A stretch of 46,481 nt of DNA, taken from Methanomassiliicoccus sp. GTDB lineage: Archaea; Thermoplasmatota; Thermoplasmata; Methanomassiliicoccales; UBA472. The position numbers and the translations under genes were made by a program. The notes beneath the pieces were generated by a model. The model did no database searches, was not told where the DNA came from, and was given only the letters and a program-made list of their open reading frames with translations. Location of the stretch: assembly GCA_004525545.1 (NCBI GenBank), contig SPCU01000002.1, forward strand, positions 1-46,481, given 5' to 3'. Shown one piece after another: positions 26,235 through 34,671 of the stretch; position 1 is the first letter of the stretch; each line of letters starts with the position of its first letter.

Positions 26235-26578
26235 CCTCGCATCTCCTTCAGCGTCTGGCGGATGCGTTCTTTCGTTTCATCGATGCCTTTACGAGAGACG
26301 TTGAAATGCTTGTCGATCATGATCATGGAAGAGGGCAACACTTCAAATCGATTTAACACCAGAAGGCCGCAACCTCCCTCGCAACCGTCCACTAACAATA
26401 CCTTACGGAATTGAAGGGATCGCATCTCTTCCATAGCCTTCGGCAATTCAGCCAGGGCGGGAGCGACGGTCACCACCCTAATATTTTCTTCCTTGGTCAG
26501 CTCCCTCACCGCTGCCCTCAGCACCCTAGCCCCAGGGCTGTACCCGCTGCATATGGCCACATCAATCTGTTCGCTCAT
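26231..26578 (-). CDS. DGC-domain putative zinc-binding protein
   Basis: AICSGYSPGARV ... LLVDGCEGGCG, the eponymous DGC motif with 4 conserved Cys. Overlaps the next gene as ATGA. Confidence 0.65.
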   Translation of the reverse strand: MSEQIDVAICSGYSPGARVLRAAVRELTKEENIRVVTVAPALAELPKAMEEMRSLQFRKVLLVDGCEGGCGLLVLNRFEVLPSSMIMIDKHFNVSRKGIDETKERIRQTLKEMRG

Positions 26579-28589
26579 GCTCCACCTCGAAGTACATGCG
26601 GGGCTTGCCCACTGCTGTTACTTTCATATGGATCTCCAGAAGCAGGCCTTCACCCCATGATTTTCCGATCTGACCCATGATCCGTTCGTTCTCCACTATA
26701 ACCTCGATCTCGTCGGCCCCGGCCATTACGGACATCTGCCGTACCTTGCTCTCCCCCCAGGACCTGGCATAGTTGGTGGCCTCGGTGATCGTCTCGAACT
26801 CCCTCATCTCATCCATGGAGTGCATGGTGCAAGGTGGGTCCTCCATGACTCCCAGTCCAGGCTTGGGCTTGATCAGCACCTCTACCGATTCCATTATACT
26901 GCTGGTGATTGCTCCAACGGCGTTCCCCACGTCCGAGTTCACAGGCATGAGCAGCTCGGTATGCAATCTCTGGGCCACGGACGGGAGATAGGCGGCGATG
27001 GGCGCCCCGATGCCTATTATCTTCTTGTGCACCCTGATGTCAGCAGAGAAATCGATTCCTGGACGCTGGGTGGTCATCTTTTCGAATAGTACGTTGCAGA
27101 CATCACAATGGGCCATCTTTCCGCAGTCCTCGTAGACCAGACGGAAGATGATCTCCTTGGCTATCTTTTGGATGGCCGCCTCTTTTACCGTTGCGCAGAA
27201 CTCCTTGATGCCTACGTCACATAGTTCGGCCCGATAATCAGCGGCCAGGGTCGACGCTTCCGCATCGTATTCCACATACTCCCCGGAGGCGTGCAGGGCG
27301 TCTGTGGGGGTAAAGCCGATGCGAGTGATGATGCCCAATTCCTCAAGCTTGCGAACATTAAAACTGTAGGGGTGCACACCGGTGCCTTCGGATAACTCCA
27401 TCAAGGTCTTCGGTTCATCCTTGATGCTCTCCACCAGGAATTTCTCGTTCTGAGAGAGCTCGTATCCCTTGACCGTGCGAGAGAAGATGAAGAACTCATC
27501 GGCCTGCAGTATGTTCTCCATGGCGATGTGAGTGGCCTGGGGGGTCGGCTTGAGCCCCTTGACCTTCTTCAGGCTCTCGAGTATTCGAGGGTATTGAGTG
27601 GATGCAATGCATAGCGGCATGACCCGAAGCGCCCCCAGCAGTATGTGGCCGTTGACCACGACTACCCGGCTGTCACCACCGATACCAGATGTGGATATGT
27701 CCGCGGCCTTGACACGGGTGCGCCACCCTCCTATTATCGCCCCTTCGGGGTCCAAACGGGGTTTCCCCCCGCGCAGCACGCCAATGTCGGTGGTCGTCCC
27801 TCCGATGTCGACCACCACCGCCTCTTCCTCACCGGTCAAATTCTTCGCCCCGATCAGGCTGGCTGCCGGACCGGATAATATGGTCTCCACCGGCCGCTCC
27901 TTTCCCTGTTGTTCACCCATCAGCGATCCATCGCCTTTGACGATCATCAAAGGGGCTGATATGGAGTTCTCTTTCAGCACCTTAATGACCGATTGTATGA
28001 GGTCGGCCATTATCGGTATCAACTTGGCGTTCAGCACCGCGGTCAGGGTCCTCTCATGGAAGCCCAGCTGAGTAGACAGCTCATGACCACAGACCACCGG
28101 GATCCCCCAGTTACTGGATATCATGTTCTTTAAAGCGATCTCGTGCTCCGGATTTCGTACGCTGAAAAAGGTGGAGATCGCGATGGCGTCCACCTGGTTG
28201 GCTACCCCTTTCACGAAATCCATGGCTGCGACCAGGTCGATATCACAGTTGGCCTTCCCACGAATGGTGTGTCCTCCCTGAACCTGGACGACGTGCTCTA
28301 CAGGGATGCTTTGTTTATACTCCTCACCGGCGATTATCAGAGCCACCCGGCAACCCTTGCCCTCCACTACCGAATTCGTTGCCAATGTGGACGATAAGGA
28401 GACCAGCCGGATGTCTTTGACCGGTATCGACCCTAGGTTCTTTATCGAGCCGGAAATGCCGATGCTCAGATCGTTCCTGGTGGTCAATGCCTTGGCCTTG
28501 GCTATAACTCTGCCATCAGCAAGGTCTATCAATGCTGTGTCAGTGTACGTGCCTCCGGTATCGATTCCCAACCCTAGGTCCATTTGCAT
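26562..28589 (-). CDS. hydantoinase/oxoprolinase-like ASKHA-fold ATPase with an inserted winged-helix-like segment
   Basis: N-terminal GIDTGGTYTDTALIDL and second phosphate loop VVVDIGGTTTDIG. A central ~60 aa segment (LSQNEKFLVESIKDEPKTLMELSE...LEELGIITRIG) looks wHTH-like. No Fe-S Cys cluster is visible. Confidence 0.72.
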   Translation of the reverse strand: MQMDLGLGIDTGGTYTDTALIDLADGRVIAKAKALTTRNDLSIGISGSIKNLGSIPVKDIRLVSLSSTLATNSVVEGKGCRVALIIAGEEYKQSIPVEHVVQVQGGHTIRGKANCDIDLVAAMDFVKGVANQVDAIAISTFFSVRNPEHEIALKNMISSNWGIPVVCGHELSTQLGFHERTLTAVLNAKLIPIMADLIQSVIKVLKENSISAPLMIVKGDGSLMGEQQGKERPVETILSGPAASLIGAKNLTGEEEAVVVDIGGTTTDIGVLRGGKPRLDPEGAIIGGWRTRVKAADISTSGIGGDSRVVVVNGHILLGALRVMPLCIASTQYPRILESLKKVKGLKPTPQATHIAMENILQADEFFIFSRTVKGYELSQNEKFLVESIKDEPKTLMELSEGTGVHPYSFNVRKLEELGIITRIGFTPTDALHASGEYVEYDAEASTLAADYRAELCDVGIKEFCATVKEAAIQKIAKEIIFRLVYEDCGKMAHCDVCNVLFEKMTTQRPGIDFSADIRVHKKIIGIGAPIAAYLPSVAQRLHTELLMPVNSDVGNAVGAITSSIMESVEVLIKPKPGLGVMEDPPCTMHSMDEMREFETITEATNYARSWGESKVRQMSVMAGADEIEVIVENERIMGQIGKSWGEGLLLEIHMKVTAVGKPRMYFEVEHERTD

Positions 28590-28635
28590 CCCCTCCGATA
28601 ATTAAATACGATATACAATCCCAATTCCTCAATCA

Positions 28636-28643
28636 TTTATAAA
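28636..28643 (-). promoter_or_regulatory. palindromic TATA box (TTTATAAA) upstream of the hydantoinase-like operon
   Basis: Lies ~47-54 nt upstream of the ATG at 28589, in an AT-rich gap. Confidence 0.45.
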
Positions 28644-28692
28644 TCAATCGTTAATATCTACACTATATTCAGATGACTGGCACATATCCATT

Positions 28693-29868
28693 TCATTCCT
28701 TTTCCACCTCTATCCCGACCTGGTATTTGCGGGCTAAATTATTAATATGATGCACAATCGCCGGTACCAGATCTGGCTCCGCGAAAAGGACCGCTTCCCT
28801 GCCGTCGATCATCTTATCTAGGCATGCAGTGAGCCCGGGGAGCCGAACGTCGGTGGGCAGGGTCATGGCCAGTAGATGCTTGGCCCTTGAACCGTAGTAT
28901 CCCACGGCCTTGCCGTTGGAGAGCATTCCGTGAACATCTCGAACCGATGGCACGTGTTCCTGGTCCACTTCACGGATATGGAGGCCGCCCACCTGCCGCC
29001 GGTTCATACGGCACATCTTCAGTCTCATTTCCGTCATATCCCTAGGCACAGGTTCCCGTTCCATCAGGCCGGAACGGTGCATCTCCTCGTTCATTCGGTA
29101 GACCGACGGGGCTTGGAAGCCCAAAAGCTCCAGCAAGGTTCGGTTGGCGAAAAGCTCTTCCGCTGGTCCGGAGTAGAGGAGACGTCCTTGGTGGACCACC
29201 TTGAAATCGTCCGCCCAGGAATAGGCCACCTCCATCTCATGGGTTGACATGATGAGCGTTATCCCTTTCATGTGCAACTCCTCGGTCAATTCCAGTACCT
29301 CCTGGACCATATGAGGGTCCAGCCCGGCGGTGGGCTCGTCCATGATGAGGACCTTGGGCCTCATGGCCAAAGCGCCAGCCAGAGCTAGTCGCTTCCTCTG
29401 ACCGAAGGACAGCTGCTGGGAGGGTCGTTCCCTATTGTGCGTGAGGTCCACCAATGCCAGGGCCTCATCCACTCTAGCCTCGACCTCATCCCGAGGGAGT
29501 CCCAGGTTCAGTGGACCAAAGGCTACATCCTCCTCGACGGTGGCGGAAAATATCTGATCGTCCGGATTCTGCAATATCACCGCCACCTCCTTGCGCAGCT
29601 GGCTCAGCTCCTTGTTGCGGTATACCAGCGGCGAACCCTGGTACAACATTTGACCGCTCTTGGGTTTGAAAACCCCATTGAAGTGCAGGAACAATGTGGA
29701 TTTGCCGGCACCGTTGGGTCCCAATATAGCCGTCTTCCTTCCCTCTTCGATCGTCAGGCTGATATCCCGTAGAGCCATCCCCCGCCCGGGGTATTCGAAG
29801 CATAGGTTCTGGCATTCCAGAAGGGACCTGGCCAACCTTTCACCCCATAAGAATGCCCGATCGGACAC
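28693..29868 (-). CDS. cbiO: ECF/cobalt ABC transporter ATP-binding protein with ~110-aa C-terminal extension
   Basis: Walker A GPNGAGKST, signature LSFGQRKR, Walker B LIMDEPT. The gene is last in the cbiMNQO order. Confidence 0.88.
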   Translation of the reverse strand: MSDRAFLWGERLARSLLECQNLCFEYPGRGMALRDISLTIEEGRKTAILGPNGAGKSTLFLHFNGVFKPKSGQMLYQGSPLVYRNKELSQLRKEVAVILQNPDDQIFSATVEEDVAFGPLNLGLPRDEVEARVDEALALVDLTHNRERPSQQLSFGQRKRLALAGALAMRPKVLIMDEPTAGLDPHMVQEVLELTEELHMKGITLIMSTHEMEVAYSWADDFKVVHQGRLLYSGPAEELFANRTLLELLGFQAPSVYRMNEEMHRSGLMEREPVPRDMTEMRLKMCRMNRRQVGGLHIREVDQEHVPSVRDVHGMLSNGKAVGYYGSRAKHLLAMTLPTDVRLPGLTACLDKMIDGREAVLFAEPDLVPAIVHHINNLARKYQVGIEVEKE

Positions 29869-30625
29869 AGATGTCGTTCAATTGCAATAGGAGGAGGAAG
29901 CTCATCACACAGATAGCGGCCCATGCGTAACTCATACCTTTCGGCTCCCTGAGCATCCCGATGTTGCTCTGATAGTTGCGGCACTGCATGCCCAAATTGG
30001 ACCTCTCGGCGGTCTCGATGGAACGAATGAAAATACCAGTCATCATCTTGGCATATGTCTTCACGCTGTTCAGGCGTCCGTGAAAGCCCAACCGGCATTG
30101 GGCAGCGAGATGCATTCTACCCGCCTCATCCAGCAGCATAAAGGAGTAGCGATAGACCAGCACCATTAGCTCGGTGAACTCCTTAGGTACTTTTAAACGC
30201 ACCAGCATATCTGCGAAGTGCGGGATCGGAGTGGATGTGGCGAAAAAGAGCATGACGCTCACGCCGGCCAAGGCCCGCAACGTCACAAGGGATGCGGTAC
30301 TGATCCCGGTATCCGAAAAGGTGAGAACGAAAACCCCCAGGTCGACGCTCCAGATGGTTAAACCGGGGGTCACCGCAGCGATTACGACCCCACCTAGAAC
30401 GATCATCCCTAAAGATTCCAGAATGATGATCCCGATGATCTTTGGGAAGCGGAAACGTATGAAGTATCCCAGCAATAGCACCCCCGCCACCAGGACCAGC
30501 ATCGGAACGATCATGGACTTGGCCAGCAATGAGGACATGAGCAGCGTCAGAACGAAGAGGAACTTACCGGTCGGTGACCATTTTAAGGCCGAAGAACGAT
30601 AGGCGAGTTCGTCCAGTTCGAACAT
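29840..30625 (-). CDS. cbiQ: cobalt ECF transporter T component
   Basis: Polytopic membrane protein of ~260 aa between cbiN and cbiO, with the conserved ARG-type motif region (AAQCRLGFHGR). Confidence 0.82.
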   Translation of the reverse strand: MFELDELAYRSSALKWSPTGKFLFVLTLLMSSLLAKSMIVPMLVLVAGVLLLGYFIRFRFPKIIGIIILESLGMIVLGGVVIAAVTPGLTIWSVDLGVFVLTFSDTGISTASLVTLRALAGVSVMLFFATSTPIPHFADMLVRLKVPKEFTELMVLVYRYSFMLLDEAGRMHLAAQCRLGFHGRLNSVKTYAKMMTGIFIRSIETAERSNLGMQCRNYQSNIGMLREPKGMSYAWAAICVMSFLLLLQLNDICVRSGILMG

Positions 30626-30626
30626 T

Positions 30627-30920
30627 TTACTTCTCCTGTGAACGGTCTAGTGCTTTACGGGCCTTGTTGATCCCCAGGAAATAACCGATCACAAGGGCGC
30701 CGATGGCTGCCTGCAAAGTGAATAAAAGCGTCGCCAGCTCCCCAGAGGGTTCCCATAGACTGTTGAACCAAGGCTGATAGTCCGGATCCGTATCATTGAT
30801 GACATCCCCACCACTGTCGTCGGTGCCCGAGAAATCCGAATTGGGATTGAGAAGCACCGCCGACACCAGGATCGCGGCCATGATGACAAAACCCAGAATG
30901 TAATAGTGTCTATGATTCAT
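30627..30920 (-). CDS. cbiN: cobalt transport protein CbiN
   Basis: 97 aa with two TM helices. YQPWFNSLWEPSGELATLLFTLQAAIGALVIGYFLG matches the CbiN pattern. Confidence 0.85.
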   Translation of the reverse strand: MNHRHYYILGFVIMAAILVSAVLLNPNSDFSGTDDSGGDVINDTDPDYQPWFNSLWEPSGELATLLFTLQAAIGALVIGYFLGINKARKALDRSQEK

Positions 30921-31572
30921 CGGTCACCCTCCTGGGAAACACCCTGTCCGTCAGATCCGGTCTCGCTCTCTGCAGATAATCCACGAAGATGGTGAAGAGT
31001 ATGCCCTCAACGATCCCCAGGGGGATCTGGGTTACGGCGAAGACCGAAAGAAAACTTACCAGGGACTCGGAGAATGTGCCATAGGCCAAGGCCAGCTGTA
31101 CAGCGGTGGTCATGTAGGTTATTATACCGGCCAAGAACACGGTGGTGAAAACAGTGATAGGAGTGCGAACCCCAGCCTTGCTCATTGTTTTGAAGGCCAT
31201 GTAGGCCACGAACGGGCCGGCCACGCCCATGGAGAACACGTTCGCCCCCATGGTAGTGAGCCCCCCGTGCGCCAGAAGCAAAGCCTGGAAGATCAGTACG
31301 ATGAAGGACATGACAGCGGTCACACCAACGCCAAAGAACATAGTGGAAAACCCAGTGCCAGTAGGATGAGAGGATGAGCCAGTTACCGAAGGCAGCTTGA
31401 AGGATGAGAGCACGAATATGAAGGCTCCGGACAGAGCTAACAACGTCTTCTGCGCTGGGTCCTCCCTGATGAGACGGCGGATCGTATAGAAACCGTAGAC
31501 CAGGAAAGGAGCGGAGAGCATGGTCCAAAGGAGACACCACCATGGGTCCAGGTAACCTTCCATTATGTGCAT
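30910..31572 (-). CDS. cbiM: cobalt transport substrate-capture protein CbiM
   Basis: The N-terminus MHIMEGYL (metal-ligating Met-His) is diagnostic. About 220 aa, polytopic. Ends in TAG inside cbiN. Confidence 0.9.
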   Translation of the reverse strand: MHIMEGYLDPWWCLLWTMLSAPFLVYGFYTIRRLIREDPAQKTLLALSGAFIFVLSSFKLPSVTGSSSHPTGTGFSTMFFGVGVTAVMSFIVLIFQALLLAHGGLTTMGANVFSMGVAGPFVAYMAFKTMSKAGVRTPITVFTTVFLAGIITYMTTAVQLALAYGTFSESLVSFLSVFAVTQIPLGIVEGILFTIFVDYLQRARPDLTDRVFPRRVTDES

Positions 31573-31961
31573 TTATCGGCACACTCCTGGCATACGCCCT
31601 TGAGACGCAGTTCATATCCGTCCAATGTCAGCCCGGTATCCTTGGCAATTTGGGTCAAGGATAGGTCGAACGGTACGCTTTGTAAACGGCCACAGACCCG
31701 GCATTCCAGATGGGTGTTGGAATAGGGATGAGCAAAGAAGCATTGCATCGATCCGACATTGGTCTCGGATATCAATCCGATGGCCACCAATCGGTTGAGG
31801 TTTCGATATACCGTGCCCAGGCTGATACGGGGAAGTATCTCTCGGGCCAGTTCATAGACCTGGTCCGCCATGAGCGGTCCCTTGCTATCATAAACGATGT
31901 CCACGGTGACCTTCATCTGCCTTGTCCATCTGGTCGGATATGAATTCATAATAGTAATCAT
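31563..31961 (-). CDS. Fur-family metal-responsive transcriptional regulator
   Basis: LGTVYRNLNRL recognition helix, plus CRVCG and CQECADKC metal sites. Overlaps the cbiM start. An ATG at 31949 is an alternative start. Confidence 0.85.
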   Translation of the reverse strand: MITIMNSYPTRWTRQMKVTVDIVYDSKGPLMADQVYELAREILPRISLGTVYRNLNRLVAIGLISETNVGSMQCFFAHPYSNTHLECRVCGRLQSVPFDLSLTQIAKDTGLTLDGYELRLKGVCQECADKCT

Positions 31962-31966
31962 TACTA
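31952..31966. promoter_or_regulatory. Fur-box-like perfect palindrome TAGTAAT-C-ATTACTA
   Basis: 15-bp perfect inverted repeat overlapping the first ATG of the fur-family gene. It lies downstream of a TTTAATAA TATA-like element on the minus strand. It matches 14 of 19 positions of the classical GATAATGATAATCATTATC box by hand alignment. Confidence 0.55.
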
Positions 31967-32104
31967 CTAAATTGGATTATTAAATGATTCGCTCTAACAC
32001 GGAAAAGATATCAGCGTGATGCGCGTTAATTGGTCAAGCCCGTCCCGATGCGCCCTTTGGTCGGAACATTTGGGAAAGGCTTAAGTAAAGAATGAGGGAG
32101 CATC

Positions 32105-32425
32105 TTGGAGTTCGATGAATACGTGATCGACCTGAACGCAAAGTGTACCTGCGGGTGCATGGAGGGCGATCGGTTCCATAACATCTATCGGTTCCCAAAT
32201 AACTATGGGGCCTCTGTAGTGTCCAGTCCCAAGAACGATCCGAAGAGGAAGGGGGGCTATCGCATCATGTTAATTCGATTCGACTCTCCCGCTCCCGAGC
32301 ACATGTGGACATTGGACGATGATAATCCCATATCCGATTCCATCCTCGATTGCGACGATTGGGAGACTGCGTTGGCATATCTCCGGCGCCTGTTCGCCCT
32401 TCCCACACATTTGAATGACGGATGA
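32105..32425 (+). CDS. hypothetical 106-aa protein
   Basis: TTG start preceded by a GAGGGAG RBS. CTCGC motif near the N-terminus. Overlaps the DUF1638 gene start by 11 nt. No family recognised. Confidence 0.5.
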   Translation: MEFDEYVIDLNAKCTCGCMEGDRFHNIYRFPNNYGASVVSSPKNDPKRKGGYRIMLIRFDSPAPEHMWTLDDDNPISDSILDCDDWETALAYLRRLFALPTHLNDG

Positions 32426-33098
32426 TACCATGACCGAGAACGATTCAGCCAAGAAGGGGCGTTTGGCCATTATTGCCTGCGAGATCCTGAAACCTGAACT
32501 TGAGAAGCTCACAGAGGGTTGGGACGAGGTGGTCCACAGAGAATATCTAGAGTTCGCCCTGCATATCAACGCCGACGATCTGAGGGTCAAGGTCCAGGAC
32601 AAGGTCAACGCCTTGCATGGTCAGGTCGACGCCGTGTTCTTAGGATATGCGGTCTGTCAATCACTGTCCGGCATAACTGGTCTTTTGAAAGTGCCGACGG
32701 TCATGTTGGAGGGAGATGATTGTATCGCCGCCATCCTGGGGCCAGTAGAGTACGAGCACCAGAAGCGTTTGTGCGGAGGCACCTGGTTCAATACGCCTGG
32801 ATGGGCCTTGAGAGGGGTAGAGGGAGCGATCAAGGAGCTACACCTGGATATGCTCATAGACCAAGGATACGAGCCGAAGTACTTTCTAGACATGCTCTTC
32901 GAGAACTACGAGAGGTGCATATACGTCGATACGGATGTGGGCGATGCGGAGCATTACGAAGCATTATCCCGCCAGTTCGCCGAGGACCTGGGGCTGAGGC
33001 ACGAGAACCGGCCCTGCGGCACGGCCAACCTGGAAAGGTTCCTGGCTAGGACACTGCAGCTGGCAAGAAGTAATGGTCCAGCGGCGAAACTTCAATAA
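32415..33098 (+). CDS. DUF1638-family protein (family usually found beside corrinoid methyltransferase genes)
   Basis: RLAIIACEILKPELEKL ... AVFLGYAVCQSL ... DDCIAAILG pattern and a ~225 aa size. Confidence 0.7.
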   Translation: MTDDTMTENDSAKKGRLAIIACEILKPELEKLTEGWDEVVHREYLEFALHINADDLRVKVQDKVNALHGQVDAVFLGYAVCQSLSGITGLLKVPTVMLEGDDCIAAILGPVEYEHQKRLCGGTWFNTPGWALRGVEGAIKELHLDMLIDQGYEPKYFLDMLFENYERCIYVDTDVGDAEHYEALSRQFAEDLGLRHENRPCGTANLERFLARTLQLARSNGPAAKLQ

Positions 33099-33139
33099 TC
33101 CTTTTGAACCAGTATGCCGTTCCAGCTGGCTGAAAGAAG

Positions 33140-34261
33140 ATGAACGACGATTTCAAGGTCACACCCTGGGAGGTCACGGGGGAGATCGACTACGATCAGC
33201 TCATCACCCGTTTCGGGACCAAGAAGATCGACCGCGAAATGCTGGACCGTTTGTCTGGCTACGGCGAACTGCACCCCATGTTGCGCCGCAGCGTGGTCTA
33301 TTCACAAAGGGACCTGGGATGGTTGCTGGACCTGTACGACAAGGGGCAGAAGTTCTTCCTTTACACCGGTCGCGGTCCTTCCGGGGGCACTCACCTTGGC
33401 CACCTAATGCCCTGGATATTCACCAAGTATCTGCAAGACCTCTTCCATGTCAATTTGTACTTCCAGATGACCGACGATGAGAAATACCTGTTCAACGAGA
33501 ACCTGAGCTTGGATGATACGCGCCGGGCGGCCTATGATAACGCCTTGGACTTCATCGCTCTTGGCTTCGACCCAGAAAAGACCAAGATCGTCATCGACAC
33601 CGAGCAGATCAAGCTGTTATACCCGTTGGCTTTGAAGGTGGCAAAACGTGTTACATTCTCCACCGCCAAGGCGGTATTCGGCTTCGACAACAGCAACAAC
33701 ATCGGCAGCATATTCTATACCAGCATGCAGGCGGCGCCATGCTTCATCGAGGATGCTCTGTACGGAAAGAACACCCCCTGCCTTATTCCCTGTGGCATAG
33801 ACCAAGATGCTCATTTCAGAGTGGCCAGGGACGTAGCTCCACTGCTGGGATATCATAAGCCGGCCCTAATTCACAATAAGATGTTCCCGGGCCTCACTGG
33901 CAATGACAAGATGTCCTCCTCACAGCCACTGACCACCATATTCACCACGGACAAGCCCAGGGAAGTAAAGAAGAAGATCGGCAACGCCTTCACCGGGGGA
34001 CAGGCCTCGGTGGATGAGCAACGCAAACTAGGTGGCCGACCGGAGGTCTGTTCGGTCTTCAAGTACCAGTACTTCCTCTTTGAAAAGGACGATAGAGCTT
34101 TGGACGATCTGTCAGAAAGATGCCGTAAGGGAGAGATACTTTGCGGAGAGTGCAAGCAACTGCTGACCCAGCGGATCAACGAGTTCCTGGAGGAACATCA
34201 GAGGAAGAGGGAGGAGGCCAAGGAGCGCCTCCACGAGTTCATGCTCCCCCCTACCTGTTGA
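33140..34261 (+). CDS. trpS: tryptophan--tRNA ligase (archaeal/eukaryotic type)
   Basis: Class I motifs GGTHLGH (HIGH-like) and KMSSS. Confidence 0.92.
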   Translation: MNDDFKVTPWEVTGEIDYDQLITRFGTKKIDREMLDRLSGYGELHPMLRRSVVYSQRDLGWLLDLYDKGQKFFLYTGRGPSGGTHLGHLMPWIFTKYLQDLFHVNLYFQMTDDEKYLFNENLSLDDTRRAAYDNALDFIALGFDPEKTKIVIDTEQIKLLYPLALKVAKRVTFSTAKAVFGFDNSNNIGSIFYTSMQAAPCFIEDALYGKNTPCLIPCGIDQDAHFRVARDVAPLLGYHKPALIHNKMFPGLTGNDKMSSSQPLTTIFTTDKPREVKKKIGNAFTGGQASVDEQRKLGGRPEVCSVFKYQYFLFEKDDRALDDLSERCRKGEILCGECKQLLTQRINEFLEEHQRKREEAKERLHEFMLPPTC

Positions 34262-34671
34262 CGCCGATAGGGAAGGTAGTTTCAGTGGAGGACGATATCT
34301 CAGTGATAGAGGTCCTGCCGGAGTATGTCGAAGGGCTGTACCGCATAGAACTGCTGAAGGAACTGGACGTGCTCTTCGTCTTTGATCACAGCCAGGGGTT
34401 CGATCTGCACGTGCATCCTCGCGGGGATGCAAACATTCCACTGACCGGGGTCTTCGGTACCCGCAGTCCGCGCCGCCCAAACCGTATAGGCCTCACGCGA
34501 GTACGATTACTGGAGCGTAAGGGGGATCGCCTTAAGGTCAAAGGGCTGGACGCTTTCCTGGACACACCCGTCCTGGACATCAAGGGAGTGATGAGCAAGG
34601 GATTTTCCTGGGACCCCGCTGAATGCCGGAAAACCGTCAAGCGACCGGTCGTGCGCCGAGTACATAAATGA
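34258..34671 (+). CDS. TsaA/TrmO-family SAM-dependent tRNA methyltransferase
   Basis: GVFGTRSPRRPNRIGLTRVRLLE and LDGTPVLDIK-like LDTPVLDIKG. The track ORF starts at 34141 inside trpS. I prefer the in-frame TTG at 34258, which overlaps the trpS TGA (TTGA) and gives (M)TPIGKVVSV. Confidence 0.78.
   Translation: MTPIGKVVSVEDDISVIEVLPEYVEGLYRIELLKELDVLFVFDHSQGFDLHVHPRGDANIPLTGVFGTRSPRRPNRIGLTRVRLLERKGDRLKVKGLDAFLDTPVLDIKGVMSKGFSWDPAECRKTVKRPVVRRVHK

Noticed and set aside
22561-28589. Search for in-frame TAG (pyrrolysine) codons or split methyltransferase ORFs in the corrinoid block.
   Set aside because: All ORFs in the block are continuous and end in TGA. No MtmB-, MtbB- or MttB-like sequence was seen. 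TAG is used as an ordinary stop by five genes in the window (ends at 9959, 15885, 22251, 30910 and 39220). There is no consistent nearby backup stop, so I see no evidence here for or against Pyl decoding.
31962-32104. Cobalamin riboswitch or other structured leader upstream of the cobalt transporter.
   Set aside because: The transporter is preceded by the fur-family gene with almost no leader. The 143-nt gap is a divergent promoter region. No B12-box-like element was seen, and such riboswitches are not established in archaea.
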